Below are positions 1-13,637 of a stretch of 64,000 bases of DNA, piece after piece. Positions within the stretch are counted from its first letter, which is position 1. Every line of letters begins with the position of its first letter. This DNA comes from Octopus sinensis (lineage: Eukaryota). Position numbers and translations under genes: made by a program. Location of the stretch: contig NC_043008.1 of assembly GCF_006345805.1 (NCBI RefSeq), positions 41,354,001-41,418,000 of the forward strand, in the 5' to 3' direction. The notes beneath the pieces were generated by a model that ran no database searches, was not told the origin of the DNA, and was given only the letters and a program-made list of their open reading frames with translations.

Positions 1-509
1 ATGCAAGTAGGTAACAAGGGTACCTCAACTCATTTGGTGTTGTCCTGCAACATCTGCTGCTCTAGAACAAGAGTTATTTTCAACAATTCTCTTAACAGCG
101 CAACGGCTCCTGTCAAGAGGCCAAGGTTGGCCTGAGCTGGAATGTGTTAAATCCTTTTCTTTGCTGGGAAATTTGTACAATAGCTCCGTCGACTACGGTA
201 ACAATCTGACACTGGCTAAATCCACTCTGAGGGTGACTTACAATATGCTCTCTTTAAGTACCAAAAAATACTTCTGCAACTGTTGTTCCCAGCATGGATA
301 GTTTCTATCAGTAATCAATATACTGTAACCTAAATTGAAAAACGATAATACGTGAAACAGGTTTCAGGCACCAAAGTTTGCATTTTTATTTTTATCTTGC
401 GTCACAATGGATAAAGCGTGTGACAACGAATCACAAGGTTCCGGGTTCCACTACCGGCAAGACAGAGGCGAATGTGTTTTGATATAGTTTCATATGTACA
501 AGACTTATA

Positions 510-920
510 GGAGTGGCTCCGTGGTAAGAAGTTTGCTTCCCAGCCACGTGGTTTCGGGTTCAGCTAGCTTCGTGGCACCTTGAACAAGTGTCTTCTAATA
601 TAGACGTCGTCCACCAAAAGCCACGTGAGTGGGTTTGTTTGGCCGGAATTGAAAATAGCTCATCATGTGTACGTGTATGTGTGTGTGTGCGTGCGCTCGA
701 GTAAGAGAGAGAGAGAGAGAAAGAGAGAGTGTTGCGTGTTTGCGTTTGTGTGTGGGTATGTATGCGCGTGTGTTTGCTTGTCTCATCATAACAACCGGCA
801 GTCTTGCAAAACGAGATCGATAATCGATATGGTAATTACCGGCTTCGATTTTTTTCGACTAAACCTTACAAGGTGATGCCTAAGCATTGCCGCAGCCCAA
901 TGACTGAAAACAGTTAAAGA
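510..920 (+). mobile_element. tRNA-derived SINE, family AB (tRNA-like head + TG/AG linker + tail), decayed
   Basis: GGAGTGGCTCCGTGGTAAG head, GGCACCTTGAACAAGTGTCTTCT core and AATGACTGAAAACAG tail match better-preserved copies at 36672-37563 and 63008-63427. Confidence 0.75.
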
Positions 921-940
921 TAATACATATATATATACAT

Positions 941-974
<34 letters not shown>

Positions 975-1676
975 CATATGTATATATATATATATATATA
1001 TATGTGTCATATATGTATATATGTATGTGTGTAGATGTGTGTGTGTGCGTATGTATATATTTAAAGCATTATTCCTTTGGGACTTGCTGTTTTACCAACT
1101 CATATTTCATTATTCTATTTATCAAATAATGTTTGTTCTCTTCAATTCAATTGCAAACATTTACTCATTTCATTTCTTTGTTCTCTGTTCTATCATATAT
1201 ATATTCGTGTATTGACTTTAATATTTAAAGCCCAACGGGAGAATATGGGGGAGTGGCGGTTGAAGTGGACTTGTGAATGTTTTGAATATTGGTAATGCAG
1301 AAACTGTTATTTGCAACGTTTTGCGTCTAAGCCTAAGATAGTCATCGCTCTAATGTCAAAATACATATAAATATAAGTAAATAGCGATGAATACCAAAAA
1401 TATAAGAACTTCGGTAATATTGGGAATTTAGGCAGTGGTTCGTAATCTACTGGCACCGAAATCAAATATTTCAAATAGTCTTCAACTGACAAGGGGCAGC
1501 TACGTCAGTCTATTTTGCTTTTGATTTATAAAAACATTAATTCTTCGACAATTTTCTTCGGATAGTAGAATTACGGAACTCTAAATAACTGCGCTCATTT
1601 TCTCCAACTCAACATGTCTAAGTCACCGGTGAGAGACTGATGTTGTTAGTTTCTTTCATTTTCCCTCGGTGTACCT

Positions 1677-1739
<63 letters not shown>

Positions 1740-2214
1740 TATATATATTATATAGTTGTGTATGTCTCTCTGTGTGTGTGTGTGTAACACAAGGCATAAG
1801 TTATGGTCATTTCTCTTTATTGGGGTAAATTTTCCTTACAGCTGTTTGCCGTACACCTTATATGTTCGTTATTGATAGGTGTATTCAATCGGCCCATTGA
1901 TCAATAGCGAACTTAAAATGACCACTGACAACATCCGTAAGTCAAATTTACTACAGCAGAGAAAAGATATGCAAAAACCATCATTTACGCCTTGGTTTGT
2001 ATATCGCTTTGTGTAAATACCAGTTAAACTGGACCACAAACATGGATTTGCAATACAGAATGATGATGAACAATAATTTCAAACTATACCGAAAGAATAC
2101 GCAGAGTTCTTCACTAATCTAAACAATATTGTTAGCCTGGTGTACTAACAGAGTGTTTAGAAATTATTTTGATCAGATTGACAATACGTCACTAATAACT
2201 CTTTTATATTCATT

Positions 2215-2483
2215 TAGTCTTTCATTGTTTCAGTCACTTGACTGCGACCATGATAGAGCACCGCCTATTAGTCGAAGGAATCGATCCCAGGGCTTATTCG
2301 TTGCAAGCCTGGTACTTATTTTATCAGTCTCTTTTACCGAATCACTAAGGTGACGTAAACACACCAATATCGTGGGGGGACCAACAGAGACACAAAAACA
2401 AACACACACGCACACACATATATACATACACACACACATACACACAACACACAAACAAACCACACACACACACACCACACACC

Positions 2484-2533
<50 letters not shown>

Positions 2534-2706
2534 CATATATATATATATACAGGCTTCTTTCAGTTTTCGTCAACCAAATCCACTCACAAGGCCTTGGTCG
2601 GCCCGGAACTATAATAGAAGGCTGTTGCCCAAAGTGCCACGCAGCGGCACTGAACCTAGAACCATGTGGTTGGGAACCAAGCTTCTTACTACACAGCTAT
2701 GCCTGC
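2215..2706 (-). mobile_element. tRNA-derived SINE, family AB
   Basis: Reverse complement of head (ACCATGTGGTTGGGAACCAAGC) and tail (CAGTCACTTGACTGCGACCATG) separated by a (CA)n/(TA)n linker. Confidence 0.85.
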
Positions 2707-2995
2707 ACATATATATATGTATGTCTGCCTGCTGGAAATAACAGTCAAAACTCTTATTTAAATCGCCAAAATTACACTGATGATAACACAAATCAACCGA
2801 AAGCAGATTAGGTTAATAAAATCTCTTGTCGTACATTTAAGTATAAGGACTCACATGGACCGGTTTCTTCATTGGCAAAGTAATTAAATAAATTACTTTA
2901 TCAGCATGTGTTACCATGAAAAGAGATCCCAAATACCCGTATTGAAATCTGCGCTGCAACTGTTTCGTTTTGCGCCGAAATCAAATTAGTCTACC

Positions 2996-3181
2996 CTCTC
3001 TATACAGGGGCAAATAATTCGCGAGAAAAAATCTGATTCTCGAAAATTAATTTGCTAAGATATTATTAATTTTGTTATCATCTGGAATGACTATTTTTTA
3101 AAAATGATTATAACAAAATTAATAACATAGGCGATCGCAGGCCCAAGGAAAGCATGAAATAGCTGAAGGATTAAAAAAATT

Positions 3182-3223
<42 letters not shown>

Positions 3224-3241
3224 ATTATTTTATTATTATTA

Positions 3242-3274
<33 letters not shown>

Positions 3275-3397
3275 ATTCTGTTAATATCATTTTTTAAAAT
3301 AATCATTCCAGATGATAACAAAATTAATAAAATCTTAGCAAATTAATTTTCGAGAATTATATTTTTTCTCGCGAATTATTTGCCCCTGAATAGAGTG
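2996..3397. mobile_element. MITE-like element with ~120-bp terminal inverted repeats
   Basis: CTCTATACAGGGGCAAATAATTCGCGAGAAAAAA... at 2998 mirrored by ...TTTTTTCTCGCGAATTATTTGCCCCTGAATAGAG ending 3395; interior includes (TA)n/(TTA)n. Confidence 0.8.
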
Positions 3398-3402
3398 TTA
3401 TA

Positions 3403-3473
<71 letters not shown>

Positions 3474-4329
3474 TTTTCTCTGAAATTAGAAATACTTCGT
3501 AAACAGGTACAGATTGAGTTGTTGTATATAAACTTGCCAAACTTGCGCAGCTATAGTAATATATATTAATGAGTTGTAGGTACCTGGTATATCTTTATGC
3601 CAACACAATATACTATAAAGTATATTAAATGTTTTTTTATAAATCATTAGCACGTTCTACCGCATTAGCTTTTTACATTTTTTGTTAACGATATTACAAC
3701 AGATATTCTAAAGCCATCACTGATTTTTGCTACAACGTTTCGTATCGGGACCACAGATGTAAACAAATCATGAGATCGAAAATAATAACGGGTAATGACT
3801 GTATATGCCAAACATGATGATGAGGGGGCAAAAATCCCTCGAAATATGGAATATTCACACATTACCCATTTTTCCTTAGACTTCATTGTTTGTATAAAGC
3901 CGACGTCTCGATACGAAGTGATGTAGCAAAAATCGATGGTGGTTATAATTTTTATAGTATATATTTAGAAATAACATTAACAAAATAGTAATAGATAATT
4001 TGATTTGCATGTCATCCTTTTGAACGACTTGAGCAGTAATTAAATGGTACCTAATTTATGTACAACGTACCGTCAAAGATAGGACTAATATGCACTGAAA
4101 TACATTAGAAATACTGGATCTGCGAAAAATATAAATATATACATAATCCGTTTATATTTTACATGACTTGAATAAGAACAGAGTGTATAGTACTTGGTTC
4201 TTTACACCCCAGAAAAGACGCAGCCTATTTCCTACCTCTACCAAACTGCAAACTGCTATTAAACTTTCAAAGTGGATAGTTTAAGGTGCATATTTGACGA
4301 GTATTAGAGGATATTAATTATTATTGAAT

Positions 4330-4448
4330 TACTACATCTACTACTATTACCACCATCACCACTACTGCTACTGTAGCTATAAACACTACTACTACTAACA
4401 CTACTACTACTACTACTACTACTGCTACTACTACTACCACTACTACTA

Positions 4449-4482
<34 letters not shown>

Positions 4483-4512
4483 CACTACTGCTGCTACTGC
4501 TACTACTACTAC
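4330..4512. repeat. (TAC)n/(CAC) microsatellite
   Basis: ACTACTACT tract; source of the poly-Ser ORF. Confidence 0.95.
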
Positions 4513-4681
4513 TGAGGCGGTGTGCTGGCATGATCGTTTGCAGGCTGGACAAGAAGCTTAACGGTATTTCGTTCTTCTTTACGTTCGTATCCAAAATGTG
4601 CTGAGGGTGAGAACTGGGGTCCATGTAATCAATTTCCCCCTCTTCCGAAATTGCTGGCCATATGCCAAATTAAGAAAAGGC

Positions 4682-4739
<58 letters not shown>

Positions 4740-4990
4740 GAGTGAGAGAGCAGTTCATGCCATCAAAGTGACACTGGGGTAAAATATACGAAGCCCAATA
4801 TACCCATCATGACTACCCGTCTGATAAGGGTACACCAGGCACATACATCACAACCATATGTGCGCGACATGGTGATCTCATATCAAGATAAACAGCACAT
4901 GACCTTGCAGGTGGGGCCCAGTTAGAATTTTCTTCAGGTTGATAGCCCATCCCGCTCAAACGGTCCCTGAATAAGGGTTGTTTAAGGATG
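4740..4990 (-). mobile_element. Non-coding (TAA)n-associated retroposon 'element E', truncated copy
   Basis: Near-identical reverse complement of the end ~250 bp of 33220-33768; flanked by (TTA)n on both sides. Confidence 0.85.
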
Positions 4991-5032
4991 TTATTATTAT
5001 TATTATTATTATCATCATCATCATAATCACTA

Positions 5033-5308
5033 TTGAATGAGAGATCTACACACCTCATCAAAAAGATGCTGGAGTAAGAAACCCAATATAAGTATATGAC
5101 AAACTGATAAGGGTACACCAGGCCCGTGCATCATAATCCTATGTGCGTGGCATTGTGACTTCATAATAAGATAAACAACACAAGACCTCGCAAATAGGAC
5201 CCATGAATTTTCTTCATATCGAGTAGCCCATCAAAAGGTCCCTAAATAACAGTTATTTCAGGATGCTGAACGAAACACCTATGTTTCCTAGGGTAAATTA
5301 TTCAAAAG
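5033..5308 (-). mobile_element. Element E, older decayed copy
   Basis: CTGATAAGGGTACACCAGG, GAGTAGCCCATC and CTGAACGAAACACC motifs colinear with the other copies; starts next to (ATT/ATC)n. Confidence 0.7.
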
Positions 5309-5311
5309 TTA

Positions 5312-5356
<45 letters not shown>

Positions 5357-5441
5357 ATATATATAATATATATATATATATTATATATATATTATATATA
5401 TATATATATATTTAAATATATATATTATATTATATATATAT

Positions 5442-5474
<33 letters not shown>

Positions 5475-5477
<3 letters not shown>

Positions 5478-5716
5478 GATCAACTGGAACCTCGTCGTAA
5501 CCGACGGAGTGCCCGCCATGTATTATATATATATATATATATATACACACTTATATACGATGGCCTTTTTTCAGCTTCGGTCTACCAGAACCAATCACAA
5601 GGCTTTGGCCGGCCTGCGGCTGTAATAGAACACACTTGCCAAAGGTACCATGCAGAAGGCTGACCCGGAACTATGTGGCATGGAAGCGATCTCCTTACCA
5701 CACAGCCACTCATGTG

Positions 5717-5752
<36 letters not shown>

Positions 5753-5763
5753 TATATATATAA

Positions 5764-5811
<48 letters not shown>

Positions 5812-5981
5812 ACATGAGTGGCTGTGTGGTAAGGAGATCGCTTCCATGCCACATAGTTCCGGGTTCAGCCCTTCTGCATGGTACCTTTGGCAAGTGTGTT
5901 CTATTACAGCCGCAGGCCGGCCAAAGCCTTGTGATTGGTTCTGGTAGACCGAAGCTGAAAAAAGGCCATCGTATATAAGTG

Positions 5982-6021
<40 letters not shown>

Positions 6022-6065
6022 GGCGGGCACTCCGTCGGTTACGACGAGGGTTCCAGTTGATCCGA
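5475..6065. repeat. Large near-perfect palindrome (~245-bp arms) around a (TA)n spacer; arms = SINE-D tail + SINE-A head
   Basis: 5475-5720 is the reverse complement of 5808-6065 except for a few 1-nt indels and microsatellite length. Confidence 0.95.
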
Positions 6066-7325
6066 TATATATATGGTATAATATGCACATATATATGTGT
6101 GTGTGTCTGAGTGTGTGTATATATGCATGCATGTATGCATGTATGTATGTATGTACTAGCAGAGATACTCGACGTTGCTCAGGATGAAAATGTCATAGTT
6201 TGTATATATATTACAATTATGCTGAAACAGGTGACACGGGAAAGTGAAGCATTGACGATAAAAATGTGTGGTGTAACTGATGGGCTAATTCGATTAAGTG
6301 GCATGTCATACATTCATAGTCAGGAATCCAGGCCCTATCCTGTTATGCAAAATTGGGTTTGGGTGTAAGTGATATCTGAACGCACCGAAAAAACTGTCAG
6401 TGGACATACTTAATTTTTGTGGCCGTCGGCACTGCAACTAACACAACCCATCGTAAGGTTGACAGTCGAATGAATGTAGGTGTAATGGAGATATTGTAGG
6501 TAAGTGGGTATATTCCGCAAATGGGCTACAATAGGAGACGGCAAGTGGGACGTGAACCTTTGAAATCTTGCAGAAGGCAAAAGGCTGACAGTGGATTGCT
6601 GATTTGGCTGTAGAATAAGAAACATAAACTGAGCCACACATGCCCTCACAGACACATACTCATTCATATATAAAATGTGACATACATATAGTAAGACAGA
6701 CACACACATACATATGCGAAGACAGACACACACAAACATACATAGCTTTTCACATGATTGTTACTTAATTCTTCCCATATGTATAAGTATGTGTAGATGT
6801 ATGTGTGTGTTCAATAACGTACGTAAGGCAGAAACCCATACGCATTCGCAGACACACACACACACACTCTTACACCAACACGCATACACTCACAGACACA
6901 TACACACTCATATACAAAATGTGACGTCGTTGTCGACGTTGTACTGTAAAATCGAACGCGTAAACTCGTCCACAGACACATACACACTCATACACCCACA
7001 CACATATGCTCTCAGACACATGCGCTGATATACAAAATGTGAGGTTGTGGTCTTGTAGTATAGTTGAGTATAGAAAGATTAACTCTATAAAATGTTATAC
7101 TGTTTTAATCGGAATGAAAATAATTACATATTTGACATTCGTAGTGTGTTTTGCTGTTACCTTGTAAAATTTGATTTGATTTGGTCGCGCCGTTTGAGAA
7201 TGCATAGGGAGCAGACAGACAAAGAATTTCATTAATATATATATATGCATGTATGTATATATATATGTATGTATGTGTATGTATATATGCATGTAATTAT
7301 GTATATGCAGGTATGTGTATGCCAT

Positions 7326-7386
<61 letters not shown>

Positions 7387-7388
<2 letters not shown>

Positions 7389-7528
7389 GAGAAAGAACCA
7401 ACAAGAATGGATTAGTTTTTAGTACATTGTTTCATACAAAGACAGCTTTTTGCAACTTGTAATAAAGCCTGTCTTTGTATGAAACAATTGTACTAAAAAC
7501 TAATCCATTCTTGTTGCTTCTTTCTCGT
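7387..7528. repeat. 142-bp hairpin / small MITE (~63-bp arms, ~14-nt loop)
   Basis: ACGAGAAAGAACCAACAAGAATGGATTAGTTTTTAGTACATTGTTTCATACAAAGACAG mirrored by CTGTCTTTGTATGAAACAATTGTACTAAAAACTAATCCATTCTTGTTGCTTCTTTCTCGT. Confidence 0.9.
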
Positions 7529-7644
7529 TTATAATCACCCCACATTACTGTATGGTTAACACCATATAGTTTTTCTGGTGCATCTAAGTTAAGTACCACA
7601 TTCAAGTAAATTCATTGGAATTGACTTGAATCTTAATTGCTTTG

Positions 7645-7683
<39 letters not shown>

Positions 7684-8506
7684 ATACATGTCAGGGTCAA
7701 CATAGCAGGAATTAAACATTTATGCACGTATTTATGCTAGCATGCATTATGTATGTATGCTCGCATTTATGTTTAGTACACATTGTGTGACGAGTCAATG
7801 TGATAATATACCTAATCCCATCTTAAAGGAACAATTCTTCCGATTAACCACAAGAAATTACTTATACCACTAACACCGTTTAGCAAACAAGTAGCGACTT
7901 CGTTTCGATGTTCGGGAACAAACAGTTTCACTGAATACAATCTTCATTTTTGTGACAAGAACCGACTATACTGATTTTCCACAATGGAGCTTTCTTATCG
8001 TAAAGTATGTCATGATAAAATGAAAATAAAATATAAGTAAATATTGTTATTGGCATTGTATGTTACTACTTGGTATTGTGTCTCACTTGGTATTATAGAA
8101 TTAATGAAAATGTGGTAGTTTCTGGAAGTACTGCAAAGATATTTCAATGCAAGAATGACCTGTTTCATGAATTTTGTATGAGATAAATTATTTCTTATTC
8201 CCATTTGTGTGGTGAAGAATATAAGATGAAATGAGATTTCATAAGAATCTATACAAAAGTTACTTTATTAGTATTTGGTTCATTGCTGGGCCGTATCTTT
8301 TCTTATATTTCTCATTTCATATGCTATCACCGATTTTTTTTTCCCGGACTCTCAAAAGAAAGACGAAAAGCAATTTAAAAAAAAAAGATTTGCATACGAA
8401 CAGGAGTGTACTTCCTGTCACACGCCCACACACACACGCACACTTAGCACACTCGTATATATATATACATATATATAGCAGAAATCTGTATGTATATATA
8501 TATATG

Positions 8507-8718
8507 CACTAATCCCGCGATTACCGCGGTTGTTACGTTCCATAACCTAACGCGATTGGTGAAAATCCGCGAGACAGAAACAGTACGGTAATATATCTTT
8601 TTTGAATTATTTTTATAATTTGTATATATTTATTTTATTATAAATGCAAAGCAACATAATAATAAACCTCAGTGACTGAACCGCGATAGGTGAACCGCGA
8701 TATGACGAGGAATTACTG
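8507..8718. mobile_element. Tc1/mariner (pogo/Tigger-like) MITE
   Basis: Right end AACCGCGATATGACGAGGAATTACTG|TA; degenerate left end CACTAATCCCGCGATTACCGCGGTT; CAGT-type termini and a TA flank are typical of pogo/Tigger. Confidence 0.65.
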
Positions 8719-8730
8719 TATTATGTATAT

Positions 8731-9141
8731 TCTTTTCTTTTCTCCTATTCTTTTACTTGTTTCAGTTATTTGAGTGCGGCGATGCTGGAGCACCGCCTTT
8801 AGTCGAGCAAATCGATCCCAGGACTTATACTTTGGAAGCCTAGTACTTATTCCATCGGATCTTTTGGCCGAACTGCTAAGTTACGGGGACGTAAACACAC
8901 CAGCATCGGTTGTCAAGCGATTTTGGAGGAACAAGCACAGACACGCAAACATATACACACACATACATATATATACGACGGGATTCTTTCAGTTTCCTCT
9001 ACCAAATCAACTCAAAAGGCTTTGATCGGCCCGAGGCTATAGTAGAAGATACTTGCTTAAGTTGCCACGCAGTGGGACTGAACCCGGAACCATGTGGTTG
9101 GTAAGCAAGCTACTTATCATACAGCCCCTCCTGCACCTATA

Positions 9142-9178
<37 letters not shown>

Positions 9179-9337
9179 GACCGGCTTCTTTCAGTTTCCG
9201 TCTATCAAATCCACTCACAAGGCTTTGGTCGGCCCGGGGCTATAGTAGAAGACACTTGCCCAAGGTACCACGTAGTGGGACTGAACTCGGAACCATGTGG
9301 TTCGTAAGCAAGCTACTTAGCACACAGCCACTCCTAC
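8731..9337 (-). mobile_element. SINE AB with duplicated head (A-A-B on minus strand)
   Basis: Tail 8731-8945, then two head copies at ~8975-9137 and ~9177-9337 separated by (TA)n. Confidence 0.85.
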
Positions 9338-11619
9338 GCATGATGTATAACTTACATATATTAATATCCTCTGGTGTATTTAAATTTTAATAATGTGATT
9401 TGAACCTTGAGTACCAAGAGAAGTAATCTCATTACCGAAGTTACTTCAACACAGAAATTCAATGTAGGTAATGAACTATCAAATTTAATATATTTAAATG
9501 TTTAATCTCCACATTGGCGATAATTGTTCCCATTAATATAATATTCTTCGAAGCAGAATAAAATAGTGCTATAATGTGGTACCCAGTTACACCGAACACG
9601 TTTCCTAGAGTGTGCTATTTTTACTTAAATATTTTTGGATTCAGAAAGTTCAGCACTTGCGACCGAGACAGGTTTGTTCCGTGTAAAAAAAACTAAACAA
9701 GTTATTAAACGCAGCTAGTGATTTGCTAATACTTGTCACGTCTCGTTCAACTGACATATCTTATTTTCTCTCCTTGCTCTCTACTTATGGAGTTGAAATC
9801 ACACCGGTTTTAATTATATTTAGTTATCCACTATCAGAATTTGATTATTGAAGAACCGTCCTCATACTGACTTCATTTCAATTAACTAATTACATCACCT
9901 AAAATATATCGCAATTTTCAAATCCAAGACATCCTTAGCAAATCCATTAATAACTTTCTGATAAAATTGGATTACCAATGATTGATTTGACGAACCTCCA
10001 ATGGCGAGGTGGAAGATTGGGGGCGTTTTTCAGTTAATCGTATTGCAATGGGCCAACAGATAAAGTAATCAAATTACATCTGTCACATGGAATTAAAAGA
10101 TATGTCGCATATTCTACGATAACAAAAAACGTAGATTTGTAGCATAATCAAGTTTAATTTTTTACATTTTTATTTTATTATTTTATTAATTCATTTCTAG
10201 TTGTCAGTTTCTGTAATGCTACGTTACTGCACTTTAGAGAAGCGTAATAAAAATTATATTCGTGCGAATCTTATTTTTTACCTCTGAAAAAGTATTGCAG
10301 GTAACCATCTCTATAATAAAAAAAAATTGTTTCTTATTAGTATGGAAGCATTTTCAAAGCATCAACCGATTTCAGTTGAATTTGCACTCTTCGCTTTGTG
10401 TTATTTTCTTTTTCATTTATATTCCGAATTTTGTTTCCTTTTCTTTTTTCTTTTCTTTTTTCTTTTTGTTACTATTCATCTATCTTTATCACTGAAATCG
10501 ATTGGGGATCTGTATCACGAGGAAATGAAATAAATGATTCGTTAGGACAATGGCTAAACATCTAAATATGACAAATAATTATCTCATGAGAGGAAATGAA
10601 TTAATTTCCTAATATATGAAAAAGAAAACAATATAGCTGTTTGTGTCATTTTTATTTGATTTACTAAATTCTGTAGTGACACATTGTAAAACATCCATTT
10701 CCGTTCGCAGTCATGGTTTGATTGGGAATTAATATATTTGTCTAGTTTGGCTGCAAATACTATCTATGCCTTAGCTGTATAGGAAACTTTCATGAGTTGT
10801 ACTTTTCCATCTGTTTCTATAGATACAAATACTCTTTGATTTGGTGTTTCATTAAAATGAGATAGCTACGTTATTAATAAATCCTGGTTTAGAAATTGCG
10901 AAGATTAAAGTAATTTTAAGATTTCTTTGAAGAAATATCACATCAACTTATCTATGCCCTGTCAAGATCGTCATTTCGCCTAATAATCATTTGTTCCCAG
11001 ACAAAAGCCGGATGCTGAAAGTAGATACGTTGATAGGTTGTTGGACGAATGTCGGAAAATAAAATTATACACAGCTATATTAGACCAGACCGTCATATTG
11101 TAAGGTAATGTAAACCAATTTACTGTAATATATATGTAACTCTTACTTTCCGTTGTGTTACGAAGGATTCCCTCTTTCTATCCTTCCGTGCACCAGTAGC
11201 ATAAAAAGATGTGATGATTTTGTGACTAAACACACATTGTCCTACTTAATGAGTAGTCGATAACTGTCCAAATATAAAAATGTGGTTGTCCACTAAAGTG
11301 CTAGCATATCATATGATTTCGTTTGATAGCAGATTACAAATGCCATGGGTTGTGGAAACAAACATGATACGTTTATCGAAGTAGCGGCCAAGAAACTGTG
11401 AAACGGCCCGCTTCCTATTTTTTTAGCACATAAATAGGGTAGAAAGAACGTTTTTATATTCTTCTTATACCTAAAATGAAGCCTTCAAATAACAATTTGT
11501 ATCTAAGTTCTAATATATATTGTATTGAGCATAATACATTATTGTTTAATTAAGGAAAAAAATAAACACATGCACAAATATTCAAGATACTCTACGAATG
11601 TGTTACCCTAATTCTAGTT

Positions 11620-11915
11620 AAGGTGCGTGGCTTATAGATTAGGGATGTAAGGTCCTGATGTGGATACGCGGCTGCACGTTGTATAATTGAACAAGACACC
11701 TTTTTTCACGTTGCTCCAGTCCACTCGGCTAGCAAAAGTGAGTTGTACCTGTATTTCAAAGGCTCCATTCTGTGTCACGCGGAATCTCCTTGATAACTAT
11801 GTTAAGGGTACGCGTGTCTTTCGAGTAATCAGCGACTTGAGGGTTAATTTCGTGAGTAGGTTGTTCCGTTGATTATATCAACTGGAACACACGTCGTCGT
11901 AACCGACAGAATGAC
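11620..11915 (+). mobile_element. tRNA-derived SINE, family D (decayed)
   Basis: AAGGTGCGTGGCTTA head, CACGTTGCTCCAGTCCACTC core and CAACTGGAAC..CGTCGTAACCGAC tail; inverted homolog at 12605-12929. Confidence 0.7.
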
Positions 11916-11941
11916 AGATTTTTATAGCCTAATAGTAGGGG

Positions 11942-12330
11942 CAGGCGTGGCTGTGTGGTAAATAGCTTGATTCCCAACCACATAGTTCTGAGGTCAATCC
12001 CACTGCCTGGTAACTTGGGCATATATCTTCTACTAATAGCCTAGGACCGACCAAAGCCCTGTGAGTAGATTTGGTAGACGGAAACGAAAAGAAGCCTGTA
12101 GTATATATATATATATGTGTGTGTGTGTATGTGTGTGTGTGTGTGTGTGTCCACCATCGCCTGACAACTTATGCTGGTGTGTTTACGTCCCCGTAACTTA
12201 GCGGCTCAGGAAAGAGACCGATATAATTAGTAGTGGGCTTACAAAGGATACGTGCTGGTGTCGATTTGTTCGACTAAAGTTGGTGCTCCCGCATGACCGC
12301 AGTCAAATGAGTGAAGCCAGTAAAAGAGAG
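11942..12330 (+). mobile_element. SINE AB
   Basis: GGCGTGGCTGTGTGGTAAATAG head, GGTAGACGGAAAC core, (TG)n linker, CGTCCCCGTAACTTAGCGG tail. Confidence 0.85.
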
Positions 12331-12604
12331 AATAAAATAATAATTCTACACTGTTCTATATAGTAGGTGATTTATACTACTATACTACTTATCGACAGCA
12401 ATAAAAATAAGGAAGATAGGTTCGTTTTCCTGTGACGTGGTCCACAAATCGTAAAATGGTTCGTCAGGAAGCTGTCGTGCTCTGTTTCCGTCACACAAAA
12501 CAGTATACATAGAAAGTTATTAAATTTTTATTTAATAACTTATTGTGAAATTTTCTCATATTTTATCTCAATTGTTTCTGATTTACGTAGTATTTTGTAT
12601 TCAC

Positions 12605-12929
12605 TGGCATCTCGTCGGTTACGACGACGAGGGTTCCAGTTATTCTCATCAGCAGAGCAGCTTGCTCGTGAAATTTATGCGCAAGCGGCTGAGCACTCCA
12701 CAGACACGCCTACCCTTAATGTTCGTTCTCAGGGAGATATCAGCGTGACAAAGAATGTGACAAAGCCGACCCTTTGAATTACAGGTACCACTTATAATTC
12801 CAGTTGCGTGACCTGCAGCAACGTGAAATAAAATGTCTTGCTCAGGGACACAACGCGTCGGCAGGAATTGAACTCACAACCTTAGGATCTTGAGGTGAAT
12901 ACCCTAACCACTAAGCCATCCGCCTTCAC
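12605..12929 (-). mobile_element. tRNA-derived SINE, family D
   Basis: Minus strand starts GTGAAGGCGGATGGCTTAGTGGTTAGGG (A box) and has GTGAGTTCAATTCC (B box-like). Confidence 0.8.
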
Positions 12930-13542
12930 ACTTTGCAGTATCTGTATGTGTATGTGCGTGTTGTGCTTGCGTACCTGTGTGTCTCTCTGAGTGTAATTAT
13001 ATTCTTCATAAACACTATTTTGTCTATTTCGTCTGTAAATGAATACGTCGTATACTCGCATGTTTACAAACAATTTGCAAATAGAAGTTACCGATCGTAA
13101 ACATGTTGGTATGATCTCAATATGTCCTCAGACTTTACATGCTTGTAAGAAAGAATTCTGTGCGCCACAGGAAACGAATTACCGATTTATTTCATGTATA
13201 TATATATATGTAACTAATTTAAAGAAATATATTATTTTTAACATACCTCAGTATCCAGAATTTAATTATATTTGAAACGACATTACAGACCGTCTATTGT
13301 AACTATCATGTTGAAATAGAATATTTTGCAAATGAAATCATCGTGAGAGATTTTTGTTTTTTCATCGGTTTCATAATGGACTAACCAAGACGTGTAAACT
13401 TTCAACAAAGATTTACACTTAAAACTTAAGTCAATTTATCTCGGAATACGTAAACATTTATTCTAGAAAACATTTTCATCTGTATCAACGCATAGAGCCG
13501 CTGAGCATTGCAGATTATGTTTTAAGTATATGATGTGAAAAT

Positions 13543-13637
13543 CTGAGTGGTCATTTCCAAACTGAGTAGTCTTCTTCAAACTGTGTGGTTCTTTTCGGTC
13601 GAAATGGTTCTTTTCAGTCTGAGTTGTCCTTTGCAAT
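13543..13637. repeat. Degenerate 19-bp tandem repeat, 5 units
   Basis: Units start at 13543, 13562, 13581, 13600, 13619; consensus roughly CTGAGTGGTYCTTTTCARW. Confidence 0.7.
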
